From: Paraphysomonas bandaiensis
Lineage: Eukaryota; Protista; Chrysophyceae
Direction: 5' to 3'
DNA: 64,000 nt
NCBI GenBank assembly: GCA_965644295.1
Contig: CBFFRP010000067.1
Span: forward strand, 62,001-126,000
Both the position numbers and the translations under genes were made by a program. Shown here piece by piece: positions 23,862 to 38,091 of this stretch (the stretch's first letter is position 1; each line of letters starts with the position of its first letter). The notes under the pieces are model-generated. The model was not told where the DNA came from. It worked only from the letters and a program-made list of their open reading frames with translations, and ran no database searches.

Positions 23862-24270
23862 AATCTTTTTTTATTAATCAAAATGCTTGATAATGAATAG
23901 AATTATGAATACTTTAATAGATTCATATGAGATGCATGTATGTATCTATACATACACTGCTGTACAGTCGTGTGTACATGTGTACATAAAAATCAGATGT
24001 TTTTTTTTTTTTTTATTGGACTCTTATGCATCCCATGTGGACAAAACCATATGGTCAAATAATTACATATGAGAATTATATAGATGTTAATATCATAATT
24101 ACATCGGACAAAATTAGTTTTGTAATATATGATAAAGGTCTCTGTTCAACTTGGACATAGACAAAAATGAATAATAAAAAATTGTTTTTTAGACAATAAT
24201 TTTCCAGTACGTAGTGTATGTATGGATGTGTAGATCAAAGCAGTAATAACGTCTATGTACACATACAGTC

Positions 24271-24330
24271 CATACATACATACATACATACATACATACA
24301 TACATACATACATACATACATACATACATA
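24271..24330. repeat. (TACA)n microsatellite, split by the pogo element (resumes at 25911)
   Basis: Read directly from sequence. Confidence 0.92.
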
Positions 24331-25910
24331 CAGTCAGTTCGCGTTATGGTGGACGACGTATGGTGGATATCGCCGTTATAGTGGATGAATTTAGGCTTGG
24401 TACGGGGATTTTTGTATAAAATCCCCGATTTATATACAAACCTATAGTTTTAAATAAAAATCCCTATTTTGGTGGATTGTTGTGAAAAAATTGGTAGGCA
24501 ATATACAGAAAAGTACAATTAATTATCATATAGTCATCTCATATACTTACATCACTGCATCTGTTCGTCTGCTGTATGTAGCGATGTCAGATGAATGCAA
24601 AGGAAGGGTTCATTTCCTAAAGTGGAGAGAAAACTTGTTGAGTACATTAATTTTCGCCAGGAGCACTACAAAGTAGATAAATGCGGGTTGAGCTGGCAAT
24701 TTCTGAAGCAGAAGGCTAAGACTATGCAAAGGTTAGCAATACTAAGAAGCAAGTATATGCTCATACTTAACATTTTTGTACTGTATAGATAATCTATGCG
24801 GATGATGAAGAAGCGCTGAGTTCTTTTCGAGCTTCATCTGGTTGGCTACGTAATGTGTTGAAGAGTCGGAACAATTATGTTCATGTGCATCTTCACGGAG
24901 AAGCTAATGAAATCAGCGATGCTGACGCAGCGGTTGCTATAAGAGTTCAAACAGAAGTTCGGTGAATTATGTGAAATTAATGAAGTACCAATACAGAGAA
25001 TTTTCAACGCCGATCAAACTGGGCTGTATTATGGGAAAACCCCCAACGGAATGTACTGCGAGGCAGAATTGAGTAAGACTATACGGTTTGACAGACGTAT
25101 TACTGTATGGTGGATCAATTCGGTATTTGATCCTTGGTATAAGCGCCGATATGGATCACAGAAATGTCTTATTCTGCTGGACAATTGCTCTTCTCATGTT
25201 GACTTTGAGAGATCCTTATATCCTTCGTACATTACTCTAGTTTTTTTCCCGCCAAAGCTGAGACCCTATGGTCGTAGAAGCTGAAATCGAGGAAGCCAAG
25301 GAGAGCTTCGAAGCTTTTTCTATTTCTCCACTAACAGCTACGGTAGATGATGATGATGATCTAACTGAAACGAGTGTTGATACTACTACCACTTCATCTA
25401 TAGTAACTTTGAATCAATTTCATGATGCAATGCGTGTAGTATACGACTTCACCATGCAAAGTAGTTGTGAAAATGCTCCTGCTATTCACTACAATTTCTT
25501 CAAGAACGCTTGTGAATTGACTAAATGCTACTCACAGGAGCGCACCCAATCTTCGTCACAACGAACGATACAGCATTTTTTCTCTGTCCGAAGACCTAAG
25601 TCAACACTATAACAACGTAGTTAAGAGCTCAGCGCATTCCTATCACGTAATAACAAGGCTTTTTACATAATTATTTATCTGTAGTGCGATAATAGAAAGT
25701 TTTACAAACTAGAGTGTGGAATACGATATTTTAAACATTTACTTAGGGGTTTTCAGTAGAAAACCATGGTTTTATAAGACAAAAACTGTGTTTTTTATAA
25801 AAACCTGGTTATTTGAAGCAAAAACCCGGGTTTTCTAATCGTGGATGGTGCCGTTGTGGTGGACAGTATGGCTTATGGTACACACCATCCACCATAACGC
25901 GAACTGACTG
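24331..25910 (+). mobile_element. pogo/Tigger-like (Tc1/mariner superfamily) DNA transposon, internally deleted
   Basis: Perfect 23-bp TIR CAGTCAGTTCGCGTTATGGTGGA, TA on both sides; CENP-B-type HTH (FPKVERKLVEYI, FRASSGWL) and DDE_1 pieces (IFNADQTGLYY, LILLDNCSSH, FFPP). Confidence 0.93.
24595..25612 (+). pseudogene. Fragmented pogo transposase with a probable intron (~24732-24788)
   Basis: Motifs fall in different frames; the DDE region appears to have internal deletions. Confidence 0.82.
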
Positions 25911-26280
25911 TACATACATACAGATATCGTATACTGCTATAGGTATACTGTGCTTGCGGATATCCTGCCTATACATGGATATGAAATTGCAACATGCTTA
26001 TTAGGCTGCTAATTGAAATGGTTGATTTGTTCATTAATAGACATTTGTCATCATTGACAACAAGAACATTGCTGAATTGAAACGAGTTTAACATACAATC
26101 AGTGCTTTCTGAGATTGCGTACTACCAAAACGCTTCCATCAATCACTGAACCTCATACATGAAAAAAGTTTGCCAATTGGGGATTGTCATTCTCGCCATA
26201 CAACAATCATAAAAATCAGATTGTCCTCCGTCAAAACTCTTTTCATCACTGAGCAACAATAAGAACCAAAGTCCCCATAA

Positions 26281-26924
26281 TGCAGTGGACAGTGCAGTGT
26301 TATTCTCGACAATATAAACGAAGCAAATATTCCGTATGCTATTGGTAGTGCACTTGCCGCTGGTTTATGGTCTATTCCTCGAGTGACGCTTGATGTTGGC
26401 ATGAATGTCTTTGCAGTTGGAACCGAAAAGCACAATCAATTTATCCATCTTCTGGTGAAGAATGGTGGTATATCTTGTGACATGCATGGTAATGAACTGA
26501 AAAACCATGACCCCTTTGCCCATAGTGAACGCGATTTAAGAAAAACACGTAATGAGGATTCAAAGTTGATTTGTTTTTGCCAACGAGCAAACATCTGTCA
26601 ACTCCAGAGTTCATTTTTAAGAAAGGTACAATTGATGGCGAAACGGTCTATTTTCTCGACACAGAGTCAATTTGTGCCTTGAAACTTTTGTGGCGCCGTT
26701 CAAAAGATATTCCTGATATGGAGAGACTCTTTGCGGGAAACTCACAATTGGTTCTTGCGTTCATAACTTCGTTTATGTCGCAGCATGTTGTGGATGGTGA
26801 TGAGTCATGGAAAATCTTTTTCGAGTTGAAACATGCATACATAGTGCACAAAAAGAATAAATTATTGGTAGTTTATTCTTCTGTTTTCATTCTGGAGCAA
26901 GATACTGCATATATATGGATTTGA
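26281..26924 (+). pseudogene. Decayed bacterial-type nucleotidyltransferase (DNA pol beta superfamily, AbiEii/DUF6036-like)
   Basis: IPYAIGSALAAGLWSIPRVTLDVGMNVF, then after a frameshift GFKVDLFLP...ICALKLLWRRSKDIPDMERL; in-frame stop upstream, no clear start. Confidence 0.62.
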
Positions 26925-28250
26925 TTATTTGAGCTTTTGCGATTCTTAAACTGTTAGCCATGAAAACTGTTCGTAGTATACAGTATTGACTAGCTTCAGC
27001 TCTACCCCCATCAGTAAATTTTAATGACAGTAGAGTAAAATATGATAGCTAGGATGTTGCGAACACTCACAGTTGGAAACGTTAGCGACTGATGTGATGA
27101 CTATACCACTAAAATACTTAACGATATATAACGGTAGTCAACTCAATTGTTGATAGCGCAGCGAATACATGGTAATGAGAGTTCCCCTTTTGATAAACAA
27201 AATAAATACGTGATGAGGGATATGTATTCAGTCACACCTATTACAACGTGCCCCAGGTCCCAGGGTCCGGTAGGGAACATATCCGTGTTGGTCAACAGAA
27301 GGAAGCCAATCTCTTGACTGCAGTCCAATAATAATTATAATTATCATCATTTTTGGTTTTCTACACTGTAATTATACACAGTCTCCCTACGCAATATAGT
27401 AACACAAATCACAGTCATTACTCTTTATTTTTATCTTTAACCTCTCAGATACAAATTCCAAATTACAGTAAAATAATAATTCAATACTTAGATATGAAAC
27501 CTGGTTTACCAGGTTTTGGTATTACCTCGACTTAATTGAAAGATAAGGCTTTCGTTTCGCATCAGATGTGTCACACATGTCATACGTGATGACACTTTGG
27601 TAGCATTACTGTCTTTCTGATTTGAGCGTTGTCGTATTAAGGTCGCTATATATTCTATTTTCATTTCGGAATAAAGAATACCATCTACTTATTATTTTTT
27701 CTATGCCATCACATGACACTATATCTATGCTTGTATTACTCATTTCAGTACCTGTTGCATTTCATGTAGAACTGCTTTACACTTTACATTCAATTCGAAG
27801 TGTTAAAATATAAAAAGCTACCTAGCTATCTACTTTGTAACATTACACACAATACGCATCATAATACCGACCTATATTCCTCAGCACGTCCATAGTAGAT
27901 AAGCGCACAACGACAGCTTTATTGACCAGTTTTCATTCTGTATGATGACGAACAGATTAGAATACAGCTGATTCGAGTAGAATCGTTTCAAAATGGACTT
28001 ATTAGTCAGTGCTAAGAGTAATAAAACATGAAGTAAAACACACTGCAATAATTCTACAGTTTCCAGAATTCAACACGTGAACGCACTGTCTAACTGAGTC
28101 AGAATGATATTGCTAATATACCGTACTGGCACTTCTGAAAGTGCTATAAGTAAATCTGCGTAATGAAATTTACGAAACAAGTATATCGTCGATACATTCT
28201 CGACATAAATATACACACAATATATCATACTCCTGACACGAAGTATGTCA

Positions 28251-31200
28251 TCAGGAAGTTCTCTCCGCTTCGCGAGATGACACCCAGTTGTCAACACCAT
28301 CATCTTGGTCTCCACTGGGACCAAAACTACGACACATATCACCGACGTCTTCTGCAACTTTTGTCTCCCTTGGAGAAACACGCTCTCCGCTCTCAAGATC
28401 CTGACTCGAACCTGGCAGGTGGGCTGTATCTTCTTCTATTAGAGGCATTACCCGACTTGCAACAGGCTTGGCAGGGGAGAAAAGCGACTTCAGGTATCCC
28501 GCTGTAGAGGCGGGAGGGTTGTAAGTGCTGTTTTTGTATGAAGAGTTAGAGGACAGTGATGACGATGCCGAGAGGGTCGGATGCTGGGACATACTCACTG
28601 CCGCTTTACGTGCTTGTCGCTCCTCTTCCAGGGCGTCATCTGGACACAGGAGCTTATATAGTTCGTTACAGCTTATGGACCCATCTCTGTTGAAATCCAT
28701 AGCCTTGAAAAGGCGACGAAACTTGTCGTTGCTAAACACAATATTTACTGTGTCAGTTAATAAAAAAAAGATGTGTATATCCTACCTATAGTGCAAATGC
28801 AGTGCACGCAGAAATTCCCTCACTTCACGTTGATTTAGACTCCCATTGCCGTTACTATCGATATTCTCGAATAAAGTCTCTATGATCTGTAACAGACACA
28901 GTGCACTAGCGTTATCGGCGACTACAGCACAAACTCGTTGTAACAGTACCTCCTTTGCCTCTGCTCCACGAACACCTATTCGGGCCATGATATTCTTTTG
29001 AAGCTGTTCCAGCAAGTGCTGCTGGTCTTCCATCTCCTCCAAGACATGCCCTATACGTAAAACTTAACACTACACAAGTATAGCGCACACTACAAGCTAT
29101 AAGTTTAAATCGTGCCATAACACATGGAAGGGTGGTATATATAATTTTTGGTTGACTGCACCAAATATAGTACCTACCCATTGCATCCATATCTAGCTCA
29201 GATATAGCAGAGAGTAGAGAAGCGGTTTTCACTATCTGTCCTATTACCGGCAAAACAATCACCAAGGGACCCATCCTATATGACAAGTCGTAAATAATAC
29301 AATGCCACGGGAAAATATAGTCTCACATTAGCAGTTGCCAAAGGATCTCATATCTGGTAGCATAATGCACAACTGTAATAAAGTTGGTCACCCACATAGC
29401 TAAGTACAGAGAATTGAGGATAATTCCAAATTCCACAGTCCTGGTGATACAATCTATTATCGACTGTAGCATGCATCTCGGTAAACAAATACCTGAAGTA
29501 TAAGCCCGAGTTACCAAACATGTATATGCAGCTGAAATCCTCTGAGAGCTTCATCTGAGCTTCCTCTTCAACTTCTTGATGCGAAGTGGTGCTAGGGGTA
29601 GTCCGTGACAACTTCATTGTACTACCCGTTGTGCTCAGTATACTTTGAACAGCCCCTAAAAGAGAGCCTCTTCTCTCATTTCCATCAGCACCTTGTTGTT
29701 GCTTTTTTCGTTTGAACTGTACCAACAACCCATTTTCTCGTTAAGACACACGTGACACTACGCAACATACACACCTTTCGTATAGCTGTCATTTGTGCAG
29801 AATTCATACCCTGCAGGGGTGGCTTGACTTGTGATGATTGATGAATCATCCCAACGGGACCTCCAGTCAAAGTCAGCTGCAGCGAGGTCCGTCTCGACTC
29901 CGGCATTTCTTTGACAATTATCCTCGGTTTCTTTTGTATGATGTGATTCACACGCTCCATTCGCTCTTCTATACACAAACATTACAAAAGCACGAAACTA
30001 GACACCGATATTACAACAAACAAATATATACCCGACTTTTCTCTCTCCTCGAAACTCCAACCGCCGAATGGGTTCAGGAGGTGGAGCGCTCGTTTCTAAA
30101 GCACATCGGCATCGTCACAAAAGTTAGCGGACAACTACGCACTACACTTACAGCAAAGCTTGTATCCTCTGCAGCGTCTGTAGACGACGCTCTACTCAGA
30201 CACTCTTTCCCAGCATCCGTACCTTCCCCATGCTTATGAGTCATGCGGTCCACATTATTTCTTAGTGTCGCTAAGGACATGGTGCGCGCTCTTCTTTTTC
30301 CTCCACCTGTGTTTGGCCCCAAGTCAATCTCAACCCGCCGCTGCATTTCATCTTTTAAAGTGGAGGACTCGTCCAGTACCAGGAAGTCTTTATAATCTCC
30401 TACGTCCGTTACACCCGCGTGAGCCAATAGCCTGCACCGACGTCATCTCACAGCGTTTATTGTTTAGAATTACCTGAGGATGTACAGGCGCCCAATTAGA
30501 TACACCACCAGGATATAAACGCTGAGAAGACAGCCGCACACAAAATATAACTGCAGATGTAGGAAGTTACATCTCTCTGTGATGCCATATGGGCCTACTT
30601 CATCTCCATTATTCTCGTCACCATACTTAAACCCTCTACAATTCCAGGTTTTCAATCCCCCAAACCGTATACGTAGGTAATTGATCCCACATAACACCGC
30701 CAACAATGCCCAGCTCGAGTTACTTATGCTTATGATGCGTAGTGAGTACCTCTCAAAGCACCCACTAAGGTACTTTCCAAAGTTAAAGTTTGACGGAATC
30801 CAGTAGGTGTCCCTGAAAACTGAGAAGATAATTTTGAACTCAACCTTGCTGCGAAGGGCGGAGAATGGGAAGCACCTAATATGCATCCACAGCTTACTTG
30901 GGGAAATCAAGTGCAATTCATTCAACACATCAGATACTAAAAGGGAATGAAGCTGATCATAATGTTTAGAGGACATAATTGATAGAGCCATAATATATAA
31001 GGCATGGGCCACGAAGAAAATTGCGACGAAGAAAACAATATATCCAACAAAATCTATCACAGGAACCCACTCCTTGTTCAATATACTGGGCTGTGACGCC
31101 TGAAACATAGCAAAGGCAAAACTCACAAATCCTAATAACCATAAAACATAACAAATATATATTTAAATATGATAAGGGATCACCATTGCTCATTAATTCC

Positions 31201-31420
31201 ATATATATCTTCTGTAACATTTTATTATACGTAGGTGACCGTCCCACACGTAGCTCTAACATCTGAGTCATGTATTCAAATAGGACAAGAAATAATATTG
31301 TCCCAAGAAATGCCACTATACAAACACCATTTATTTGATATATATGTATGTATGTATAGATACTGTACCTGTCGCATACTCCGCATCGATCTCACTCGCT
31401 AAACCGAATCGAAACGTCAT
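28251..31420 (-). CDS. MLO-like multi-pass membrane protein with C-terminal EF-hands, multi-exon
   Basis: KMLQKIYMELM..GFVSF (MLO TM2-like), FNFGKYL, EF loops DSNGNGSLNQRE and DFNRDGSISCNE; exon structure approximate. Confidence 0.78.
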
Positions 31421-31949
31421 TTGGACAGGATCAGTTCTCTACATTATACCAACAAACATCTGACCACAGTAATATCAATATTCCAGCCTATAAGCTAGAA
31501 GTTAATGTGTAACTGGGAGGGTAAATGAGCGTCATATGCTCTTATGTGTGTGTTCCTCCATAGAAACTGAAGTGTACAGAGTGGATATAAGCGACACCGC
31601 CTTGTATATACATGTACAGTATGTATATGTACAGCCTACAGCCGTTTGTTCTCTATCCAAACTCGTATTAAAAGTGTCGTTGAATAATATTCTTGTAATA
31701 TACTGTATCTGCTGCTCCTCCTGTTGTAACTGATAGAATAGTAGTGATAAAATACGTGTATTGTATTCTATTTGATACTGATATGTACTGCTCTATATGG
31801 TACCGGTGTATGTATGTACAGCAGTACAGTACATCCATGTATGTAGAGAGACGCACTATGGAGGGAGATATCATGACAGTCTATTCAGCTACGACGTATC
31901 AGAGTATCCCACAGATCTGAACACAATTCAACTGAAGAGTCGAATTGAA

Positions 31950-33751
31950 ATGAGTCGATTGCACCGGATATACACATCAACTGTGTTTCGTGGAAAGATT
32001 CATCGTTCTATGAGTAGTTATGTATGTTCTATTGATCAAGGAACGAGTTCGACGAGATTTATGGTATTTGATAAAGCGGGGAATGTTGTAGCGGTGAACC
32101 AGAAGGAGCATACACAGTATTATCCATCTCCTGGTTGTGTGGAACACGATCCTGAAGAGATTTGGAAAAATACAAAGTCTGTCATCGAAGGTGCAATGTC
32201 ATCGGCTAATATCCGAGCTTCTGATATTGCTGCTCTTGGAATCACTAATCAACGTGAAACTACGGTTGTTTGGAATAGGTTCGTAAGGGGCTATGACTAA
32301 GGTTTAATAATGTATTTTTTAACTTGGCAGGCATACTGGTAAGCCATACCACAATGCCTTGGTGTGGAACGATACTCGTACACACCCTATTTGTGAGGAA
32401 CTTGCGAGAGAAGGTGGTCAAAATCGATTCCGCGCCAAAACTGGACTCCCAATATCTCCCTACTTCTCTGGCAGCAAGCTTGTTCATCTTCTGCGGACTG
32501 TGAAAGGGCTGAGGGAAGATGCTGAGAAAGGGGACGCACTTTTCGGAACTATTGACTCCTTTCTGATATGGAAGCTTACTGAAGGAAGAGTACATGCAAC
32601 TGATGTTTCTAATGCATCACGTACGCTCCTGATGGACATCCGTACTTTGCAGTGGGATGAAAAGGAGCAACTTCCAACCTTAGGAATACCACCATGCATG
32701 CTGCCTACTATCAGGCCGTCTTCAGGAGTACTTGGGGAGGTGTCTGGTATTCAATCACTGAAAGGCGTGCCCATATCTGGGGTTCTAGGAGACCAGCAAG
32801 CAGCACTCTTCGGTCAGGCTTGCTTTGAGAAGGGAGAGGCCAAAAGCACCTATGGTACAGGCTGCTTTCTCCTCATGAATACTGGAGAAACTATTGTGCC
32901 TAGCAGTAAGTATTTATACTTGTCCGTGTGTGCAATGCACAAGGTTATTCACTTATTTTATGCAGCGCACGGATTACTGACAACAGTGGCATATCAGCTG
33001 GGTGCAGACAGTGCCCCGGTGTATGCATTGGAAGGGTCTGTCGCCTACAGTGGCTCCCTTATACAGTGGCTGCGAGACAACCTTCAGTTGATTTCTTCTG
33101 CTGCTGAGTGCGAAGAGGTAGCAAAGCAGGTTGAGGATAATGGTGGAGTATATTTTGTACCAGCGTTTGCTGGTTTGTATGCACCGTACTGGAGAGATGA
33201 TGCGCGTGGAGTGATTGTTGGACTCACGGCCTACAATACAAGAGCCCACATTGTAAGAGCTGCACTAGAGTCCACAGCCTTTCAAATCAGAGAGGTAATA
33301 ATGATGTTGTGTGGTAATCGTGTAATTGGGTTGAATGAGTGTTGTAGGTGTTGGAGGCAATGAAAGCTGATGGTGGGGAAAACTCCCAAGTACTGTCTCT
33401 ACGTGTTGACGGTGGTGCTACGAAAAATAATCTCCTAATGCAATTCCAAAGTGACCTTCTTGGTGTACCTTTGCAACGTCCAGTGGTGAATGAAACAACT
33501 GCTTTGGGGTCTGCATATGCAGCAGGACTTGCAGTGGGATACTTTCATTCTCTAAACGAGGTAAAAGAGAGCTGGAAATGTGATAAGACATGGAAGCCAG
33601 ATATGTCACATGAAAAGAGAGACGCACTGGTGAGACATACTTATTACACCTTCTGTTATATATGTAATGTACGTTATTGTATTTTAACTCTTTATCGCAG
33701 ACAAAGAGCTGGAGCAAGGCCATAGAGAAGTCCCTCAATTGGGCAGAATAA
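31950..33751 (+). CDS. GK: Glycerol kinase (FGGY family), probable mitochondrial presequence, spliced
   Basis: [60 protein letters not shown]. Confidence 0.96.
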
Positions 33752-34897
33752 CAGCGTATTATATGTTTTGCACCCTTGTGGTGTCTGTAATTGTTACTAA
33801 TAAGTTGAATGACTATTCTGGATGATAGCATCCCAACATTTGGATTGCAAGTGTATATATAGAATCACTAATAATGCAGCCAGCCAAATAATACATGAAT
33901 ATAAAGTAGCTAATATATTGTAATGATATAAAATTAGTCCTTAGTTTAAACCTTGATGGGTATCATAATTCACCTCATAGACATATGCTTATATCTACCT
34001 TCACTACGATGAATCTCTGCCCGCTATTAGAGAGTAGAGAGAAAAACTTACTCATTCGACTTATAAACATCTTAAGTATACCACTCACACGTCCTCATAA
34101 TATCTGTACAAGCACCTAATCCTATTCAAGACACCATTGTGTCTTGTGTGTCTGACAGTACCTCTGAGTTCCTCTATAAAGTGATTTGGCGCTTTGATAG
34201 TACTTAAGAATATCTATGTATTAACAGTCAACGCAATTGATAGAGTAGATAAGAAGAACAATGGCAGGATATACTGTCCTTTTTCTTAACTTATTTTCGA
34301 CAAAAAAGTTATTTCTTGACAGAATATTGAGGTGCCCTGGGTGCCATTTCTATTTTACCTCTTGAAGGGGGATTTCTTGTATATAATATGCAGATGAGTG
34401 TTCTCCGGAACCACATCGTGGTGCGCAGGTATACAAGACGCTACCAAATCATCGGAAGGGTCTCAAATAAATATATCCTGGTCATTATTACTTATCATAT
34501 GATGAGTTCTTATATCTTGTAGACAGAGTGTGTGTGTACACAGTTTGTACAGCAAAATATGTGTGTGGACGAGTGCTAAAACTCTGGATAGAAAATATGG
34601 ATAATCTAATATCTCCTGAAAGCCTATTATAATTTCCCTAATTTTTTACTGTATTTGAGGAAAAGTAATACTCAAAACTAATAAAATCCAGGATTTTATA
34701 ACAATACAGGGATTTTATCTAGTGTGACGGTGTTGTAAATAACCTCCCAATATAGATACGTACAGATACACACACATACTGTTACGATGTTACGATATAT
34801 GATGACTATATATGTATAATCCCTGCTTCCACTGCACTCAATTAATACCCCAATAAATCGTCCTGTCAACTAATCCATATACCTTTCTTCGATAACA

Positions 34898-36212
34898 ATG
34901 AATGATTATAGTGGTATTGCATTATTTATTTCATGTACCACTGCATGTAATCTTGCAGCGAAGTTTATTCAAGCAGCCAGGAAGCCTCCTGTAGTGCTCA
35001 TGCAGCAATCCTCCAGAAACGAGAAGCTACTCCAATCATGCCCTTCACTTTTTAATTTCTCTCCTAGTGCTTTATATGCGTGTGATTATTATGGTAAGAA
35101 ACTACACTGATTTGTATCTGTTTTTGTCATAGCTAAACGATGCAGGCCAGCTGCAAACTGTTTGTCAAACGGTATTGAGAGATACAGCGCGCATATTTTC
35201 AAAAATTTGCTATCGGCGTGAGTTATTAACTTTATCTGATGGTGGCACAGTTGGTCTTGACTGGGTGCATAGCTATAAAGGCGAAATCTGTGTCTATAAA
35301 CCTACTAGTCCAACAGTTATTATAATGCACGGATTATGTGGTGACTCCAATGCAGAGTACCTTGTACATTTGGTCGAGGTTTTGACTTCTCGCAAGTACC
35401 GTGTAGTTGTAATGGTTGCTCGTGGATGTGGAGGTCTCACACTTTCCACTCCTGTGCCTTTCAACGGTGCACGAAGCATGGATTTCAAAGAGGCTGTTGA
35501 CCTGGTACACTCCAGGTACCCACGAAGCACACTTTTTGCCATGGGATTCAGTTTAGGGGCATGTCTGACCATGCATTATATGAGTGACTACAACGACACA
35601 ACTCCCATTGCTGGAGCAATTGCAGGTATTTTACGAATGCTTCCGTGCAAATGTATATCTGATGCATACGTTTGTAAATGCTGTTGTAGTGTCTCCTCCT
35701 TGGAATTTTCATGAAAGATATACTTGGGCATTTGAACTAATATGGACACGCCTCCTTTGCTTCTTACTAAAGCAGTATGTTTTGAAGCACCAGTCTTCTT
35801 TCACTGATATATTCTGGAAGATAATGCTTGGAACTTGGAGCATAAAGAGTTTTGATTCGGTGATGTGCAAGAAAAGTGGGTACAGTTGTGTTGATGAGTA
35901 CTACAGCGCGTGTTCTGTCACTGGAACAATGCATAAAATATCAAAACCCACTCTAGCTATTAGCTCTGTGGATGATCCACTTTGCAACGTCAAGGGGTGT
36001 CCAACGGAATGTACTCGGTATGGCAGCGGATTGATTGCAATAATTGTGGAGCATGGCGGACATTTAGGTATGTATCAAAGATATTTATCCCAATTTCATC
36101 TTATGGAAATAATGCAGGCTTTGCGGAACATATTTTCCCGCTAAACTCAAGTTGGATTGATAGGGTATCGGTGGAGTGGTTCGAAGCAATACAATCTCAA
36201 TTGCGAGACTAG
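34898..36212 (+). CDS. Alpha/beta hydrolase, ABHD1/3 (YheT/EHT1)-like, spliced
   Basis: RELLTLSDGGTVGLDW, HGLCG.S, ARGCGG, GFSLG nucleophile, DDP, HGGHLG. Confidence 0.9.
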
Positions 36213-36822
36213 AGTAGATATTCTGTCAATCGTGAACGATATATATGTACATTGTAGATTGTAGTAATTTAGTTGTGTTGAAGCTATTCGAATATTTGTC
36301 AGCATTAGTACAGTCCAAAATGAACATAAAATGGAGCCTTAAAAGTAATGTTTATACATCATTTGAAAGACCAATATCATGACTGTCATTTATTCATATT
36401 TAGTCAACTCTACGGTAACGGGGATCGTATATAGCACTATAAATGAAGACTACACACCTAGTATACAATAGCCAACGGTTGTCCATCTCGCTAGAAAACG
36501 GTCGCATGATGTTATGTCTTGAAACTGAACAGTAAGACATTATTGCTGACTCGTGGTTGATATACAAAAAAGATAGTTAGAATATGGAATATGGTAAAGC
36601 CTAGAATACAAGACTAAGAATTTCTAGCGGTCCAAACTTCGTTGCTACCATTGCGTTAGAAGTGATGAAACATATTATTTAATTCTACGATACACACACT
36701 CTGATGTATCGAAACTTTGATAATACTGAATAACGTCACGCATACAATAAAATACTTATCTTACTAGTCTAGTCTACAGATTAGATTCGGGTCAGTATAG
36801 TTTATGACGTTTCGACATACTG

Positions 36823-37754
36823 TTATACATCGTCTTCGTCTAAATCCATCCAGCTCGAAAAAGCATGTACAAACTCAGGAAAATCGATTTCGCCATTGGC
36901 ATCCCAGTCCTACGCAAGTGACAAGTAAATATGGTAAACTCAAACACTGACTAGCCCATACCATTTCATTCCATCGTTGCTGACTGAGCATTGCATTTCC
37001 TCCCTTCCCTTCTTCGATCATTGCAGAAACCGCATCTCGACAAATGTATCCCTTGCCATTGGGATCGAACAGGAGATATGCAGACACTATCAAATTCATC
37101 ACACCATTGATGTCAGCTGCACTACACGTCAAGCCATTGACTTCAACCAGTTGCGAAGGGCGCGCTCCTCTTGTAGATGTCTCTTTATCGTGGGTGTCCG
37201 GCATAATATCCAAGACGTGACCTACAGATCATCTCATATGAACAACAACATAATTGCACGAAATATGCGACATACTAACCTACAGTCAATGCAACTAAAA
37301 ACTCTTTGAACTCTATTACTTTAGAATCATCAAGATCTACAAACTCGAAAAGTTCAATAATTTGTTCTCTGCACCAATATTAGAGGTCGTTAGAAAGACA
37401 ACAAACAACCATACTTTTCCATTGGCCCATGCAGAACGTTCAAAGCTTCTTTCAATCCTTCATAATTTAACCCACTAGTACCATTAGATTTGTCGGCGAA
37501 AACGGCTTTGATGTATGCCAATACACTTCTGAGCCTGTCAAATCGAAGTAAAATCCTAACGCAAACAGTTACACAATTCGAGAACGAGAAAATCAATCGT
37601 ACTTTTCAAACGTAATCGGGTTTCCTGCTTTGTCGACCTCACCCTTCTTTTTTTGCAATACTCTTGCAATCCTGTCCGAAGTTTTCTTTGTGGAACTTGC
37701 CCGCTTAGTGCTTGGCGTAATACTCGCTCCAGATATAGAGGAAGCGCAGCCCAT
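36823..37754 (-). CDS. N-acylated EF-hand calcium-binding protein, spliced
   Basis: MGCASS myristoylation/palmitoylation motif; DLDDSKVIE, DPNGKGYI, DANGEIDF loops. Confidence 0.82.
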
Positions 37755-38091
37755 CACTGATATGGAGTACGCCAATAACAGACAACTGAATCTCACTTAT
37801 CTAGTTAAAGCCGTACAAACTATCAGTATTTGTAAGATCGAATGGATGGTCGTGATATACAATAAGTGTATATCTGAACTCTATGTACTATTTCTTGAGA
37901 TATCAGTGTGGCAACTGTGTACTCTGCTGTGTGTGTGGGAGTGTATGTATATATCTACAGTGCAGCTCTGATGTACGTATTGAGTGGTATGCTTCAGTTT
38001 CACATTTTGTCGTTTCGTTTACACATACAGCTGTAGTTCAGGAATACGTATAGCTGTGGAAATGTGTGGTGTTGCTATGTAGACATACCAA

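Noticed and set aside
27498-27517. Palindrome AAACCTGGT-TT-ACCAGGTTT, and similar short ones near 34683 and 45867
   Set aside because: Isolated short stems with no supporting TIR, TSD or RNA-gene context
33940-34740. Intergenic stretch with LTR- or transposon-like texture
   Set aside because: No second copy, terminal repeats or TSD visible within the window
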